Source of the DNA: Candidatus Poribacteria bacterium
GTDB taxonomy: Bacteria; Poribacteria; WGA-4E; PCPOR2b
DNA: 64,000 bases
Assembly: GCA_965116925.1 (NCBI GenBank)
Contig: OZ220744.1
Location: 6,272,001-6,336,000, forward strand
Reading direction: 5' to 3'
In this document: positions 21,334 through 31,686 of the stretch, piece after piece
Position numbering within the stretch: the stretch's first letter is position 1
Layout of the letters: each line of letters begins with the position of its first letter
Program-made: the position numbers and the translations under genes
Notes under the pieces: generated by a model
Seen by the model: only the letters and a program-made list of their open reading frames with translations
Told to the model about the DNA's origin: nothing
Databases searched by the model: none

Positions 21334-21800
21334 AGACATATCGCTGCTCTGGAGCGAAAAAGAGCCTTAATCGTATAGGCGAGGTTCTTTCGCCCCAGGG
21401 GGTTGGGGAACCCAACCCCTACGAATTCAACTCCGGTCCTCTCGTTTTCCCGTTTTCTCGCTTTCCCCTATCTTCCTTGAAACTGGGGCTTTCGCTTCTC
21501 CATGAACGCTCGCCTGCCTTCCTTATAATCCTCGCTGGTGAAGCAGGCATCCACAAGCTGTTTGCAAGACATGTCGCTGCTCTGGAGCGAAAAAGAGCCT
21601 TAATCGTATAGGCGAGGTTCTTTCGCCCCAGGGGGTTGGGGAACCCAACCCCTACGAATTCAACTCCGGTCCTCTCGTTTTCCCGTTTTCTCGCTTTCCC
21701 CTATCTTCCTTGAAACTGGGGCTTTCGCTTCTCCATGAAGGCTCGCCTGCCCTCCTTATAATCCTCGCTGGCGAAGCAGGCGTCTACAAGCTGTTTGCAA
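21334..21800. repeat. 233-bp tandem duplication including the last 100 bp of the enoyl-CoA hydratase gene
   Basis: 21334-21567 versus 21567-21800; 5 differences in the 100-bp coding part. Confidence 0.9.
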
Positions 21801-22507
21801 AGTTCTAGATCCCGATCGTCCGGATCTTTGCAGACCTCCGCAATAATCTGCTTGCAGGCTTTGATCGTCAAGGGCGCATTACCGGCGATGGTCTCCGTAT
21901 ATTCATCAACAAAGGCATCTATTTCATCTTTCGACAGCACCCGGTTGATGAGTCCCATGTCGTAGGCTTCCGATGCGTCAAACTGTCTAGCGGTGAACAG
22001 AATCTCTTTGGTGCGGATGGGACCGACAAGGGCGACCAGCGGCTTCAACCCACCGTAACCGTATCCAAGCCCTAACTTGGCTGCGGGGATCCCAAATTTT
22101 GAATCGTCGGTGGCGAGACGCAGATCACAACAGAGCGCGATCCCCAACCCGCCCCCGATACAATATCCCGCAATCTTCGCGATCGTTGGCTTGGAGATAT
22201 TGGTCAGATTTTCGTGGGCGAGCCCCGACGCCACGTTGTACTCCTTTATTGCGGACTCCGATGCGCGCTGCTTCTCGAACTGCGATATATCCGCGCCGGC
22301 AGAAAATGCCCTGCCACCTTCACCCGAAATGACCACAGCGCGAACGGTATCATCTTCCTCAAAGTCCGCCATGACCTTCGCGATGCCCTGCCACATCTCG
22401 TAAGAGATAGCGTTATGCTTTTCGGGACGGTTGAAGCGGAGATAGCCGATGCCGTCCCGCTTTTCGGCGATAATCAGATCCGTGGTGCTGCTTGCCGCGA
22501 CGTTCAT
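21701..22507 (-). CDS. Enoyl-CoA hydratase/isomerase
   Basis: AFSAGADI, GYCIGGG, EGRRAFMEKRKPQFQGR. Confidence 0.9.
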   Translation of the reverse strand: MNVAASSTTDLIIAEKRDGIGYLRFNRPEKHNAISYEMWQGIAKVMADFEEDDTVRAVVISGEGGRAFSAGADISQFEKQRASESAIKEYNVASGLAHENLTNISKPTIAKIAGYCIGGGLGIALCCDLRLATDDSKFGIPAAKLGLGYGYGGLKPLVALVGPIRTKEILFTARQFDASEAYDMGLINRVLSKDEIDAFVDEYTETIAGNAPLTIKACKQIIAEVCKDPDDRDLELCKQLVDACFASEDYKEGRRAFMEKRKPQFQGR

Positions 22508-23691
22508 ACGACATTCTCCTTTCGCATTGTCTCGATTTCATCATCCGAGAATCCGAATTCCCCCAAGATTTCATCTGTGTGTTCACCCAATTCGGGTGCC
22601 GGGCGATACGGCATCTTTGGGGTGCCGCTCATATTTGTCGCATGGCGTAGCACGTCCATCCGACCGAGCACGGGGTGATCTACGGGGCGCGACATTTCGA
22701 GATGTTCTATATGCGGGTCTGACCACATCTCGTCCATCTTGTAGATAGGTCCGCACGGCACACCTGCGTCGTTGAGTGCCTCGATCCATTCGTTGCTGCT
22801 TCGGGTTGAGAAATACTCTTGTAATTCCGCGTTCAACGCAGCCCGATTTCGTGACCGCGCCCCATCGTTCGCATAGTCGGGGTTATTCCTAAGTTCGTCC
22901 GCCCCTAGGAGGTCGCAGAGCCGTTCCCACATCGTCCCACCGCTCGCTGCTATATTAATGTAGCCGTCGGTTGTTTGAAACACGCCGGTCGGAATGCTGG
23001 TGGGGTGATCGTTGCCCGCTTGACCGGGCACATCGTTGTCGATACTCCAACGCGCCGCTTGAAAATCGAGCATCGCAATCTGCGCTTCGAGCAGCGATGA
23101 GTGCACCCACTGCCCTTCCCCCGTCTCCTCGCGCTGCAGCAACGCGATCAGTACCCCGATGGCGGTATACATGCCGGAAGCGAGGTCTGCGATCGGCACC
23201 CCGACGCGCAGGGGCCCCTGACCCGGAAATCCGGTAATCCACATCAAACCGCCCATCCCCTGTGCGATCTGATCGAAGCCGGGACGCCCGCCGTATGGAC
23301 CGTCCTGCCCGAACCCGGAGATACTGGCGTAGACGATGCGCGGGTTCTCGGTTCGGCACGCTTCGTAGTTAATCTTCAGGCGATCCTTGACGCTGGGGCG
23401 ATAGTTCTCCACCACCACATCCGCCTGTTTTACCATCCGCATGAACGCAGCGTGACCGATCTCCGACTTGAGGTTCAACGTCATGCTCCGCTTGTTTCGC
23501 TGGAGGTTCTGAAAGTCTGAGTTATGACGTGAGCCGAGGGCATCGCCCTCCTTACCGGGGGCTGGCGGCAGTTCGATCTTTATAACGTTTGCGCCCCAAT
23601 CGGCAAGTTGACGGACGCAGGTCGGGCCCGCACGAACGCGGGTTAAATCGAGAACGGTAAAACGGTGGAGGGGCGGTTTATGATCGGTCAT
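22504..23691 (-). CDS. CoA-transferase family III (CaiB/BaiF)
   Basis: VLDLTRVRAGP, RNKRS, VVENYRP, SGFGQDGP, PELGEHT; overlaps the downstream gene (ATGA). Confidence 0.92.
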   Translation of the reverse strand: MTDHKPPLHRFTVLDLTRVRAGPTCVRQLADWGANVIKIELPPAPGKEGDALGSRHNSDFQNLQRNKRSMTLNLKSEIGHAAFMRMVKQADVVVENYRPSVKDRLKINYEACRTENPRIVYASISGFGQDGPYGGRPGFDQIAQGMGGLMWITGFPGQGPLRVGVPIADLASGMYTAIGVLIALLQREETGEGQWVHSSLLEAQIAMLDFQAARWSIDNDVPGQAGNDHPTSIPTGVFQTTDGYINIAASGGTMWERLCDLLGADELRNNPDYANDGARSRNRAALNAELQEYFSTRSSNEWIEALNDAGVPCGPIYKMDEMWSDPHIEHLEMSRPVDHPVLGRMDVLRHATNMSGTPKMPYRPAPELGEHTDEILGEFGFSDDEIETMRKENVV

Positions 23692-23995
23692 CGTTTATGG
23701 TAACTCCTTTTCTGATATTGATAAATCCAAAAGATCAGTTAAGTTTAGCGCAAATCCACATAAAACACAATAAATAATACGCAATGCGTAATGCGTAAGA
23801 AAAACCGTTTTGACATCTTACGCATTACGTAGTATTTTTTTTGCACCAGGGGTGCGACATGTTTATAGAATATTGGCACCCCCAATATCCCCAAGCCCCA
23901 GCGGGGCGACATGTGTATTTCCGCCCCAGCGGGGCGGTATGTCTATAGAATGATTGTAGGTCCAAACGTCGCGCTCCAGCGGAGCGCAATGTGTA

Positions 23996-24575
23996 TCATG
24001 CTTCAGTTGCATCGTCCGCATCAAAGACATATTTCGGATTATATGAGACATCAAAATGCTTTAGCAATTCAAGATATTCCTCTTTGAATGTTTTGTGCGA
24101 ATGGTGTTTTTCTTGATTTTCGATGTAGGAGATGACATCTTTCAGCTGTGAGTGTGAATAGCTAAGCGCAGCGAATCCTTCTTGCCACATGAATTTTCCG
24201 ACAGTCCATCGTTTTCGGTTAATATAGTGGATCTCAGAATTAATGAAACACTCCAAATCGGCGCAGTTGGAAACAGCGCCTACCAAATATGGGGAGCGAA
24301 AGTGTCCGTTTATTTTTTGAATTTACTATAAATTGTGTTGCGTTCCTTTTAATGTCCCTAACCAGATCCGAGATAGCAATGTCGGGTGTGATGCCTACAA
24401 GGATATGGATATGATCGGGCATAGAATTGATTTGAATCAATTTTTGCTTTTTGTTGGTGATGATGCCAGTTATGTATTTGTGGGGTTCGGTTTTGTGTTT
24501 TTTGGGGATTAGGGGTTGTCGTCCTTTGACGGAAAAGACGATGTGTATGTAGAGTTGGGTGTATGTGTCTGCCAT
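23996..24575 (-). pseudogene. tnpA: IS200/IS605-type Y1 (HUH) transposase interrupted by a 106-bp insertion
   Basis: MADTYTQLYIHIVF, PDHIH (HUH), WQEGFAALSYS, YIENQEKHH; the two frames are joined by removing the insertion; flanked by inverted class-B repeats. Confidence 0.9.
24223..24330. mobile_element. 104-bp MITE with TA duplication and a Correia-like TATAGTGGAT end, carrying a class-C REP
   Basis: TA-TAGTGGAT...ATTTACTA-TA; removing it restores tnpA TQFINRKRW; internal GGCGCAGTTGGAAACAGCGCCTAC; related ends near 53628 (reverse) and 55084. Confidence 0.8.
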
Positions 24576-24687
24576 TTGTACCTTTCCAATTGAGGTTGTT
24601 GTATGGCCATTGCGCTCCTCTGGAGCGCAGAAGCTATATCGATTGCCGTTCTATAGACATATCGCTCCTCTGGAGCGAAGACAATTT

Positions 24688-25356
24688 CTGGGGCTTTGGT
24701 TGCTAGGTGTATCGCCCTTCTATAGATATATCGCTCCTCTGGAGCGGAAGCAAAACCCGAAATCGTAGGGGCGAGGTTTCCTCGCCCATCGGGTTGGGGG
24801 ACCCAACCCCTACGGATTCAAACTCTCGTTTTCTCTGTGTTCTCCGCGCCTCTGCGGTGGTTTTGTTACGTTTCACGTTTCACACATCAGGTTTCAAAAC
24901 AGCTGTTCTATAAACATGTCGCCCCTCTGGGGCTTTGGTTGCTAGGTGTATCGCCTTTCTATAGATATATCGCTCCTCTGGAGCGGAAGCAAAACCCGAA
25001 ATCGTAGGGGCGAGGTTTCCTCGCCCATCGGGTTGGGGGACCCAACCCCTACGGATTCAAACTCTCGTTTTCTCTGTGTTCTCCGCGCCTCTGCGGTGGT
25101 TTTGTTACGTTTCACGTTTCACACATCAGGTTTCAAAACAGCTGTTCTATAAACATGTCGCCCCGCTGGGGCTTTGGTTGGTAGGTGTGTCGCCCTTCTA
25201 TAGACATATCGCTCCTCTGGAGCGGAAGCAAAACCCGAAATCGTAGGGGCGAGGTTTCCTCGCCCATCGGGTTGGGGGACCCAACCCCTACGGATTCAAA
25301 CTCTCGTTTTCTCTGTGTTCTCCGCGCCTCTGCGGTGGTTTTGTTACGTTTCACGC
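24688..25356 (+). repeat. About 2.8 tandem copies of a 239-bp composite REP unit
   Basis: Units start at 24688, 24927 and 25166; each contains class-B repeats, a class-A doublet, CTCTGCG and TTTCACG motifs. Confidence 0.9.
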
Positions 25357-25364
25357 ATCACGTT

Positions 25365-26519
25365 TCAAAACAGTTCATACTTCAATAACCGGCACTCAAT
25401 CGGTCCATTATACAGTGTAAACCGTTTTGCTGTGCGCAGCCCGATCGATTTCGCCAACTTCAGATTGCCTGTGAACAGATACGCGGTATATCCCGCACAC
25501 CGCTGTTTCAACACATCTCCGAAACCGCTGTACAACGATTGCAGTTCCTCTACCTCCCCCGTCCGCTCACCGTAGGGCAGATTGCAAACAATAACCCCCC
25601 GATTTCCGCGCGGACTCAGCTTGAGCGCGTCGCCCCGCATGAAACGGAGGTGCCTTTCCACCTCCGCTAGCTTCGCATTCTCCGACGCGACCCGGATCGC
25701 CGGTCTCGATATATCGTATCCGAGGAGCCGTCCCGGAATTTTCTCACGAATCGCGTCTCGCGCCTCATCGGTCAAACGTGCCCACAGCTTCCGATCAAAG
25801 TTCCGCCACCGCTGAAAACCGAACGCCACCTGCCCCGAAGATCCGTCCCCACACCGCAGGAGTCCGGGCGCGTAATTGATCGCCTTGAGCGCGGCTTCGA
25901 TGACTATCGTGCCAGAGCCGCACATCGGATCGATGAACATCCCTTCGTTATCCCACGCGACCAACCCTACAATCGCCGCGGCTAAGGTCTCCCGCAACGG
26001 CGCGTCCGTCGCCTGCTGGCGATACCCGCGTAGATGCAATCGATCGCCGGAGGCGTCAAGGCTGAGGATACAGCGGTCTTTCGCAATATGGGCATTGATC
26101 TGGAGTGCGGGATGTCGCCGATCCACGTTTGGACGGCGACCGACGCTCTCCCGAAACCCATCCACAATCGCATCCTTGATCTTCAACGCGGCGTAATGGG
26201 AATGCGTAATCTGCGAATCGCGGCAGTTACAATCGACGGCGAATGTGGTGTCAACTGTCATCCAATCGCGCCACCGGACGTTGCGGGCATTTTCGTAGAG
26301 CGCGTCTGGCGTCGGGCAGGGGAACTCCGCTATCGGCATCAGCACCCGATTCGCGGTGCGGAGCCACAGGTTCGCCCGGTAGAGCGTTTCCAGCCCGCCC
26401 TCGAAATGGACACCGCCGACGGTGGATCGGATGTTCTGGGCACCGATTGCTGTTAATTCTTTTGTAACAAGTGGTTCTGTTCCTTTGGCTGCTGTCGCGA
26501 AAAATCGCATATTTGCCAT
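25365..26519 (-). CDS. rlmL: THUMP-domain rRNA m2G methyltransferase (RlmL-like)
   Basis: LHLRGYR, APLRETLAAA, DPMCGSGT, CNLPYGER, LYNGPIECRL. Confidence 0.8.
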   Translation of the reverse strand: MANMRFFATAAKGTEPLVTKELTAIGAQNIRSTVGGVHFEGGLETLYRANLWLRTANRVLMPIAEFPCPTPDALYENARNVRWRDWMTVDTTFAVDCNCRDSQITHSHYAALKIKDAIVDGFRESVGRRPNVDRRHPALQINAHIAKDRCILSLDASGDRLHLRGYRQQATDAPLRETLAAAIVGLVAWDNEGMFIDPMCGSGTIVIEAALKAINYAPGLLRCGDGSSGQVAFGFQRWRNFDRKLWARLTDEARDAIREKIPGRLLGYDISRPAIRVASENAKLAEVERHLRFMRGDALKLSPRGNRGVIVCNLPYGERTGEVEELQSLYSGFGDVLKQRCAGYTAYLFTGNLKLAKSIGLRTAKRFTLYNGPIECRLLKYELF

Positions 26520-26705
26520 CCTTCAATTATCTCTGTAAAAAGGAAATTAACCGCAGAGACCGCGTTGGGTTTCGCTGTGGCTCAACCCAACCTACGGTTT
26601 ACAAGGGTTATGGCATACGGAGTATGCCTACTACTTTACTAAAAAGGAAATTAACCGCAGAGACGCAGAGAACGCAGAGAAAAGCAGAAAACATAAAAAA
26701 AACGT

Positions 26706-26837
26706 GGTTCATGTAAAAAGAAAGTGCAAAACACGAAGCGAAATCGTAGGGGCGGGGTTTCCCCGCCCGCCGTAAGGGTTGGGGGACCCAACCCCTACGA
26801 ATATTCGGTTTCTTTGCACTAAATCTTAACATGAGCG
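26706..26837. mobile_element. MITE family D copy
   Basis: GGTTCATGTAAA...TTAACATGAGCG; flanks AAAAACGT / AAAAGCGT (7/8 match). Confidence 0.75.
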
Positions 26838-27063
26838 AAAAGCGTTGGGTTTCGCTGTGGCTCAACCCAACCTACGGTTTACTCCCGTTTTCTACACATG
26901 TCGCCCCTCTGGGGCTTGGGTTATTTTGTTTATCGTGTTATTCTATAAACATGTCGCCCCTCTGGGGCTTTGGGTACTTGGATGTGCCTGTTCTATAAAC
27001 TTACGAATTGACAGGAAAACCGTTAAGGGCGTACCGCCGCCGACAACAAAGGAGAGGTATACG

Positions 27064-27273
27064 ATGAAACAGAACGAATTTCCTCCCGGTTGGGATGAAG
27101 AGCGCGTACGGAGCGTCATCGCGTACTACGATCAACAGACGGAGGATGAGGCTGTCGCTGAAGCTGAAGCCGCATTGCAGCATGAATCTAGCACACTGAT
27201 GAAAATCCCCACAGAATTGGTGCCCGCTGTACTTGAATTGATTGACAAGCACTTAGCCAATAATCAACCATAA
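27064..27273 (+). CDS. Small hypothetical protein (FPPGWDEERV), possibly antitoxin-like
   Basis: GGAGAGG RBS, 69 aa, flanked by REPs on both sides. Confidence 0.7.
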   Translation: MKQNEFPPGWDEERVRSVIAYYDQQTEDEAVAEAEAALQHESSTLMKIPTELVPAVLELIDKHLANNQP

Positions 27274-27645
27274 AAGAAATATGACTTATGCACTTCCGTA
27301 GGGAACGCAGATCTGCGTTCCCTACACGCAGGGGAACACCATTTCCACAGGCGAAGTACCTAGTTCCTATGTGTATATCGTGCTTCGGTTGCATCGCCCG
27401 ATGGGTTGGGGAACCCAACCCCTACGAATTCCACCTTCCGGTTTTCAGAAGATCGTCGATTTTGGAAAATCGCCCTACAATAGACATATCGCCGCGCTGG
27501 GGCTGTGTTGTACATCGGTTGATTGCCGTGTTGGGTTTCGCTGTGGCTCAACCCAACCTACGGTTTACGAGGGTTACGGCATACGGAGTATGCCTACTAC
27601 TTTACCCCTCCTCGTTTTCTGGTCTTCCCGTTTTCTCGTTTTCAC

Positions 27646-29046
27646 CTACTCTAGGTGCAGGAGCAGGTCCCGCTTTGTCAACGGTCGGTCGAGGTGCATC
27701 AGATAGATCTGGAACGTATCGCTGCGATCCGAAATAAACGCTAACAACCTCGCGTCGGGCGAAAACGCCGGCTGCATTGACGCACCGATCCCGTTTGTCA
27801 ACCGCCGTTCGTTCGATCCGTCCGCGTCCATCAGGTAGATCTCAATATCCCCGTCCCGCGCCGAGACAAAGGCGATGGTCTCCCCGTCCGACGAGATTAC
27901 CGGGCTATAGCAGTCGTGCGGGTTTGGGTTCAGATGCCTCTCATCGCTGCCGTCGATATTGATGCTATAGATCTGATGCCGTTCCGCTTGACCCTCCGCT
28001 AAGTCATCGGTCCGTGCCGAGACAAACGCAATCCGTTTCCCATCGGGGAAGAACATCGGGCTGCCGTCGTCCACTTCGTTATGCGTAATCTGCTGAGACG
28101 GAATCGTATCTGGATCAATCGCACCGAGATCCACGCCGCGGAGATCGAGGATATACAGTTCCAGATTGCCGGCACTGTTCGACTCGTAAGCGACCCGCTG
28201 CCGATCCGGCGATATCCCCAACGAGCGGACACCGAACCCGACGGGCATAATCTCCTGTGTGGTCTTACTATTAATATGTGTGGCATAGAAACCGGCATAG
28301 ATCGGCGTGGATCCGCTGCTCTGCAGCAGAATTTTCACCTGCCGCGAGGTCTGCGGTTCACGGCTGTAGATAACGTAGCTCGGATCGCTCAAGAACGCGG
28401 GCTCCCCCTCGTCGTAATCGGTAGTGTAGGTCACCCGCTTCCGCACGCGCCGATCCGCTATATCCATGATGAAAATCTCGCCGTTATCCAACCGATACGA
28501 CGCGAACACCAGCTGCGAGCCGTCCTGCGAGAATCGCGGCGAATAGTTGTCCTTCTTGCCACTTGTCAACTGCTCCACCCGATACGCATCGGTAATAAGT
28601 CCCGCCACCTGTTGTAGCACGGCGTTGTCCGATGTGGATTGGACAATCGCCCGCAGCTCACGGTATCCCGAATCCCGAATCCCCTGTTTCAGATATACCT
28701 TCGCCAACGCGAACCGTACCGTCGCTTTGTCTTCGGGGCGGGCGGTATACAGGTTGATCGCTGTCCTGTAATGACGGATCGCCTCGTCGTAGCTGCCTAA
28801 CCCCTCATACGCCTGACCTAGCAGAAACCGCGCCTTCGGGTTCCGATCGTCTACGTCGATAATCTTCTCCAACAGGTTAATCGCCTCCGGATGCATCCCC
28901 GATTGGATCAACGCCTCGCTCTGCCGGAGCGGTTCGTCCTTTCCGCTGCACCCGATCAGGCAACCGAGAAGCGCAATTAGCAGCGTGGCGCGTGAAACGT
29001 GATGCGTGAAACGTGATATGTCTGCGATATTATATTTGTCTTTCAT
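27646..29046 (-). CDS. Lipoprotein with TPR repeats and a TolB-like (PD40) beta-propeller
   Basis: Lipobox LIGC; TPR LGQAYEGLGSYDEAI; repeated (F/I)SPDG..IAF.S.R blades. Confidence 0.85.
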   Translation of the reverse strand: MKDKYNIADISRFTHHVSRATLLIALLGCLIGCSGKDEPLRQSEALIQSGMHPEAINLLEKIIDVDDRNPKARFLLGQAYEGLGSYDEAIRHYRTAINLYTARPEDKATVRFALAKVYLKQGIRDSGYRELRAIVQSTSDNAVLQQVAGLITDAYRVEQLTSGKKDNYSPRFSQDGSQLVFASYRLDNGEIFIMDIADRRVRKRVTYTTDYDEGEPAFLSDPSYVIYSREPQTSRQVKILLQSSGSTPIYAGFYATHINSKTTQEIMPVGFGVRSLGISPDRQRVAYESNSAGNLELYILDLRGVDLGAIDPDTIPSQQITHNEVDDGSPMFFPDGKRIAFVSARTDDLAEGQAERHQIYSINIDGSDERHLNPNPHDCYSPVISSDGETIAFVSARDGDIEIYLMDADGSNERRLTNGIGASMQPAFSPDARLLAFISDRSDTFQIYLMHLDRPLTKRDLLLHLE

Positions 29047-29274
29047 CTTTATTTCCCTTCATGTTTTTCGATTCGTCCTCGCATTCGTAGGGGCGGGGTT
29101 TCCCCGCCCTCTTTGTGGTACGGTTTGGGGGACCCAATCCCTACGAATATCACAACGGGTTGGGGAACCCAACCCCTACGAATATCACAACGGGTTGGGG
29201 AACCCAACCCCTACGAATATTAATGTGTCGCTGCACCTATCGTAGGGGCGAGGTTTCCTCGCCCTTGTTTTGGT

Positions 29275-29614
29275 TAGGACTTACGCACTTCAGTTTTAAG
29301 AGTAGAGACGGACGCAGATCTCGCAGATGAAGGTCGCATGAGCGAGGTTAAAAAGGTTACGTTTCGCCTGCGAAAATCAAATTTTCCCATTTTTCCCGCG
29401 CAAATGGGAAAATTGTCCCTATTTCAGGCTGAAACGTTTCGTCATGCCTGCCGATTGTATTACAAGCAGTTACAAACAATTACATTTTATGGTCGGGATC
29501 CTTGATGGTGTCCCTGCTGTAGTTGCTCGTTTCTTAACGGGCGTTGGAAGTTGTGTCCAACGGCGATGAATCGTCGAACTACAGGACTTTGAGCGTTCAA
29601 CTGCGTAAGTCCTA
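29275..29614. mobile_element. 340-bp MITE with 13-bp perfect TIR TAGGACTTACGCA and 5-bp TSD TTGGT
   Basis: TIRs at 29275-29287 and 29602-29614; TTGGT at 29270-29274 and 29615-29619; contains GTAG/CTAC hairpins near 29518-29582. Confidence 0.8.
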
Positions 29615-29716
29615 TTGGTATTGAATGGTTCGTAGGGGCGGGGTCACCTCGCCCATCTTATGATGTTGATAATTCGTAGGGGCGAGGTTCCCTCGCCCGT
29701 TTTGTGTGTCGCCCAT

Positions 29717-30285
29717 TTACCATCTGGAAGGATTGTTAGGATGCAATTGATCCAACTCCCATTGCATCGGGTTATCGGTAACATATTGGCGAATGCGCTG
29801 TAAATCTATATCATCTCGAATGACATGGTCGTAATAATTCCTTTGCCAAACGCGCGTCCCCGGCATATCACGATATTGATTGATGGATTTCGTGGATTGA
29901 TATTTGAAATATGCCACGACCTGTCCTAGTGTGGGCGAGGAAACCTCCTGTCCTAGTGTGGGCGAGGAAACCTCGCCCCTACGGTTCGGTAATGGAGGTG
30001 AGGGAGCCTCGCCCCTACGGTGTTTAATACGATAATTCCGTGTATGTGATTTGGCATAACAACACACATATCCAGTTCAACAGAAAAGAAATGTTGTGGA
30101 ATACGGTTCCAACATTCGACGACAGTTTTTCCTATTTCGCTCAATTGCATCCGTCCATCTACAATCTTCCCAAATAAGCATTTCTGATCCTGCACGCATA
30201 TAGTTACGAAATACCCACCAGTCTAACCATAATCATAGTCCCGTAAGCGCGTCGCACGGCGACGCGGTTGACTTTTCGGTTTCAT
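29717..30285 (-). pseudogene. REP-associated tyrosine transposase (RAYT/TnpA-REP) with a nonsense codon and a frameshift
   Basis: RLRDYDY, YFVTIC, VMPNHIHGII (HUH), WQRNYYDHVIR, YVTDNP; TAG at 30223-30225; two class-A REPs and a 27-bp duplication in the linker; flanked by inverted class-A REPs. Confidence 0.9.
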
Positions 30286-30497
30286 CAGCAAAACCTCCGT
30301 TGGAGTATTGTTTTCACATCCCTCATAGTTGGACGAAGCGAGAGATCTTGATTGCCGTATGGGCAAGGTTTCCTCACTCGTGTTGTGGTTTGGGTTGGGG
30401 GACCCAACCCCTACGGATTCAACGCCCATCTCTCTGCGTCTTTGTGTCCTCTGGTTTTCCCGTTTGCCTTTCTGCGGATCATTGTATCAGAAAACCG

Positions 30498-30526
30498 TTG
30501 ATAAATCAACCAAACCGTGATACCAT
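30498..30526 (+). promoter_or_regulatory. Sigma70-type promoter of cassette gene 1
   Basis: TTGATA-17 bp-TACCAT with extended TG. Confidence 0.6.
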
Positions 30527-30557
30527 ATAGTACCATTTCCGTCAGAGGAGACTCCCA

Positions 30558-31052
30558 ATGAAAACAATTCTCGTCCTTTCAATACTCTTTTGTGTGATCG
30601 CGTTGCCCGCTTTCGGTGAGCTAACGGATGCGGATCTTGACAAGATTCGGTTGATTGTTAAGGAGGAAGTCAAAGCGGAAATCGCCGGAGTCCGGCAGGA
30701 AATCGCCGGAGTCAGAAAGGAACTGAAAGCGGAAATCGCCGGAGTCCGGCAGGAAATCGCCGGAGTCGAACAGGAACTGAAAGCGGAGATTGCTGGCTCC
30801 GAGAAGCGGATAAAAGATTATATCGACGCTAGAATAGAGAGCGTCACAGTCGAAATAGGCAGTGTAGACAAACGTTTCTCAACATACAATTGGGTGATTT
30901 CCATCCTCATGCCGCTGATTGTCGCTGCGGTAGGTATTCCTACAGTCGTCATCGCGTGGCGGAGCGGAAGGGATCGATCGCTCGAAAGGCAAGTTGAAAC
31001 GCTCGCAAAGGAGATCGAAACGCTGAAGGAACAACGGATTGTAAATCCCTAA
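30558..31052 (+). CDS. Signal peptide + coiled-coil stalk + TM anchor protein (cassette 1)
   Basis: MKTILVL..PAFG, EIAGVRQ repeats, SEKRIKDYID, TM ISILMPLIVAAVGIPTVVIAW; GAGGAG RBS. Confidence 0.85.
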   Translation: MKTILVLSILFCVIALPAFGELTDADLDKIRLIVKEEVKAEIAGVRQEIAGVRKELKAEIAGVRQEIAGVEQELKAEIAGSEKRIKDYIDARIESVTVEIGSVDKRFSTYNWVISILMPLIVAAVGIPTVVIAWRSGRDRSLERQVETLAKEIETLKEQRIVNP

Positions 31053-31623
31053 CAGATGTCACCGGTAGGGTTGAGGGGTTGCTCCTAAAAAGTGAACCAC
31101 AATTCGGGTTGGGGGACCACAATTCGGGTTGGGTGACCCAACCCCTACGGATTGAATTTCCCTCGCTTCCCCGCTTCCTCCCGTCTTCCTGTCCCACATG
31201 TCGCCGTTCTATAAACATATCGCCCCGCAGGGGCTAAATCCTCGCCTCCTTGCTTTGTCGTTTTCCCGCGAATCTTATCTGCGTAATCCTTTAATCCGTG
31301 TTAATCGGCGATTCAGACATATTGGCAGATGGTGCTCCGCTGGAGCACGGAGATTTGGTCCTATCGCCCTCTATAGACATTATGCTCCGCTGGAGCGTGG
31401 GCAATTCCTATCCTCGCGCAACGGGTTGGGGGACCCAACCCCTACGGATTCAATCTCCTCGCTCCCTCCCGTCTTCCTGTTCCACATGTCGCCGTTCTAT
31501 AAACATATCGCCCCGCAGGGGCTAAATCCTCGCCTCCTCCCCCCCCTCGCTCCCTCGTCCCCTCTGCGTCCTCAGCGTCTCTGCGGTGTGCTTCTCTCGT
31601 TCCACGTTTCCCACAAAAATGTC

Positions 31624-31652
31624 TTGCCAACCCGACCCAACCGTGATACTAT
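31624..31652 (+). promoter_or_regulatory. Sigma70-type promoter of cassette gene 2
   Basis: TTGCCA-17 bp-TACTAT with extended TG. Confidence 0.65.
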
Positions 31653-31686
31653 ATCAGACCATTCTCCTCAAAAGAGGTGATCCACC

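Noticed and set aside
21468..21800. DGR template/variable repeat pair at a gene 3' end
   Set aside because: Differences are not adenine-specific and are mostly synonymous; no reverse transcriptase in the window
29122..29220. CRISPR-like 35-bp periodic repeat
   Set aside because: Units are directly tandem class-A REPs with identical linkers, no unique spacers, and no cas genes in the window
30223..30225. In-frame TAG in the RAYT as possible recoding or pyrrolysine
   Set aside because: The gene also has a frameshift, and TAG acts as a normal stop elsewhere in the window, so pseudogenisation is simpler
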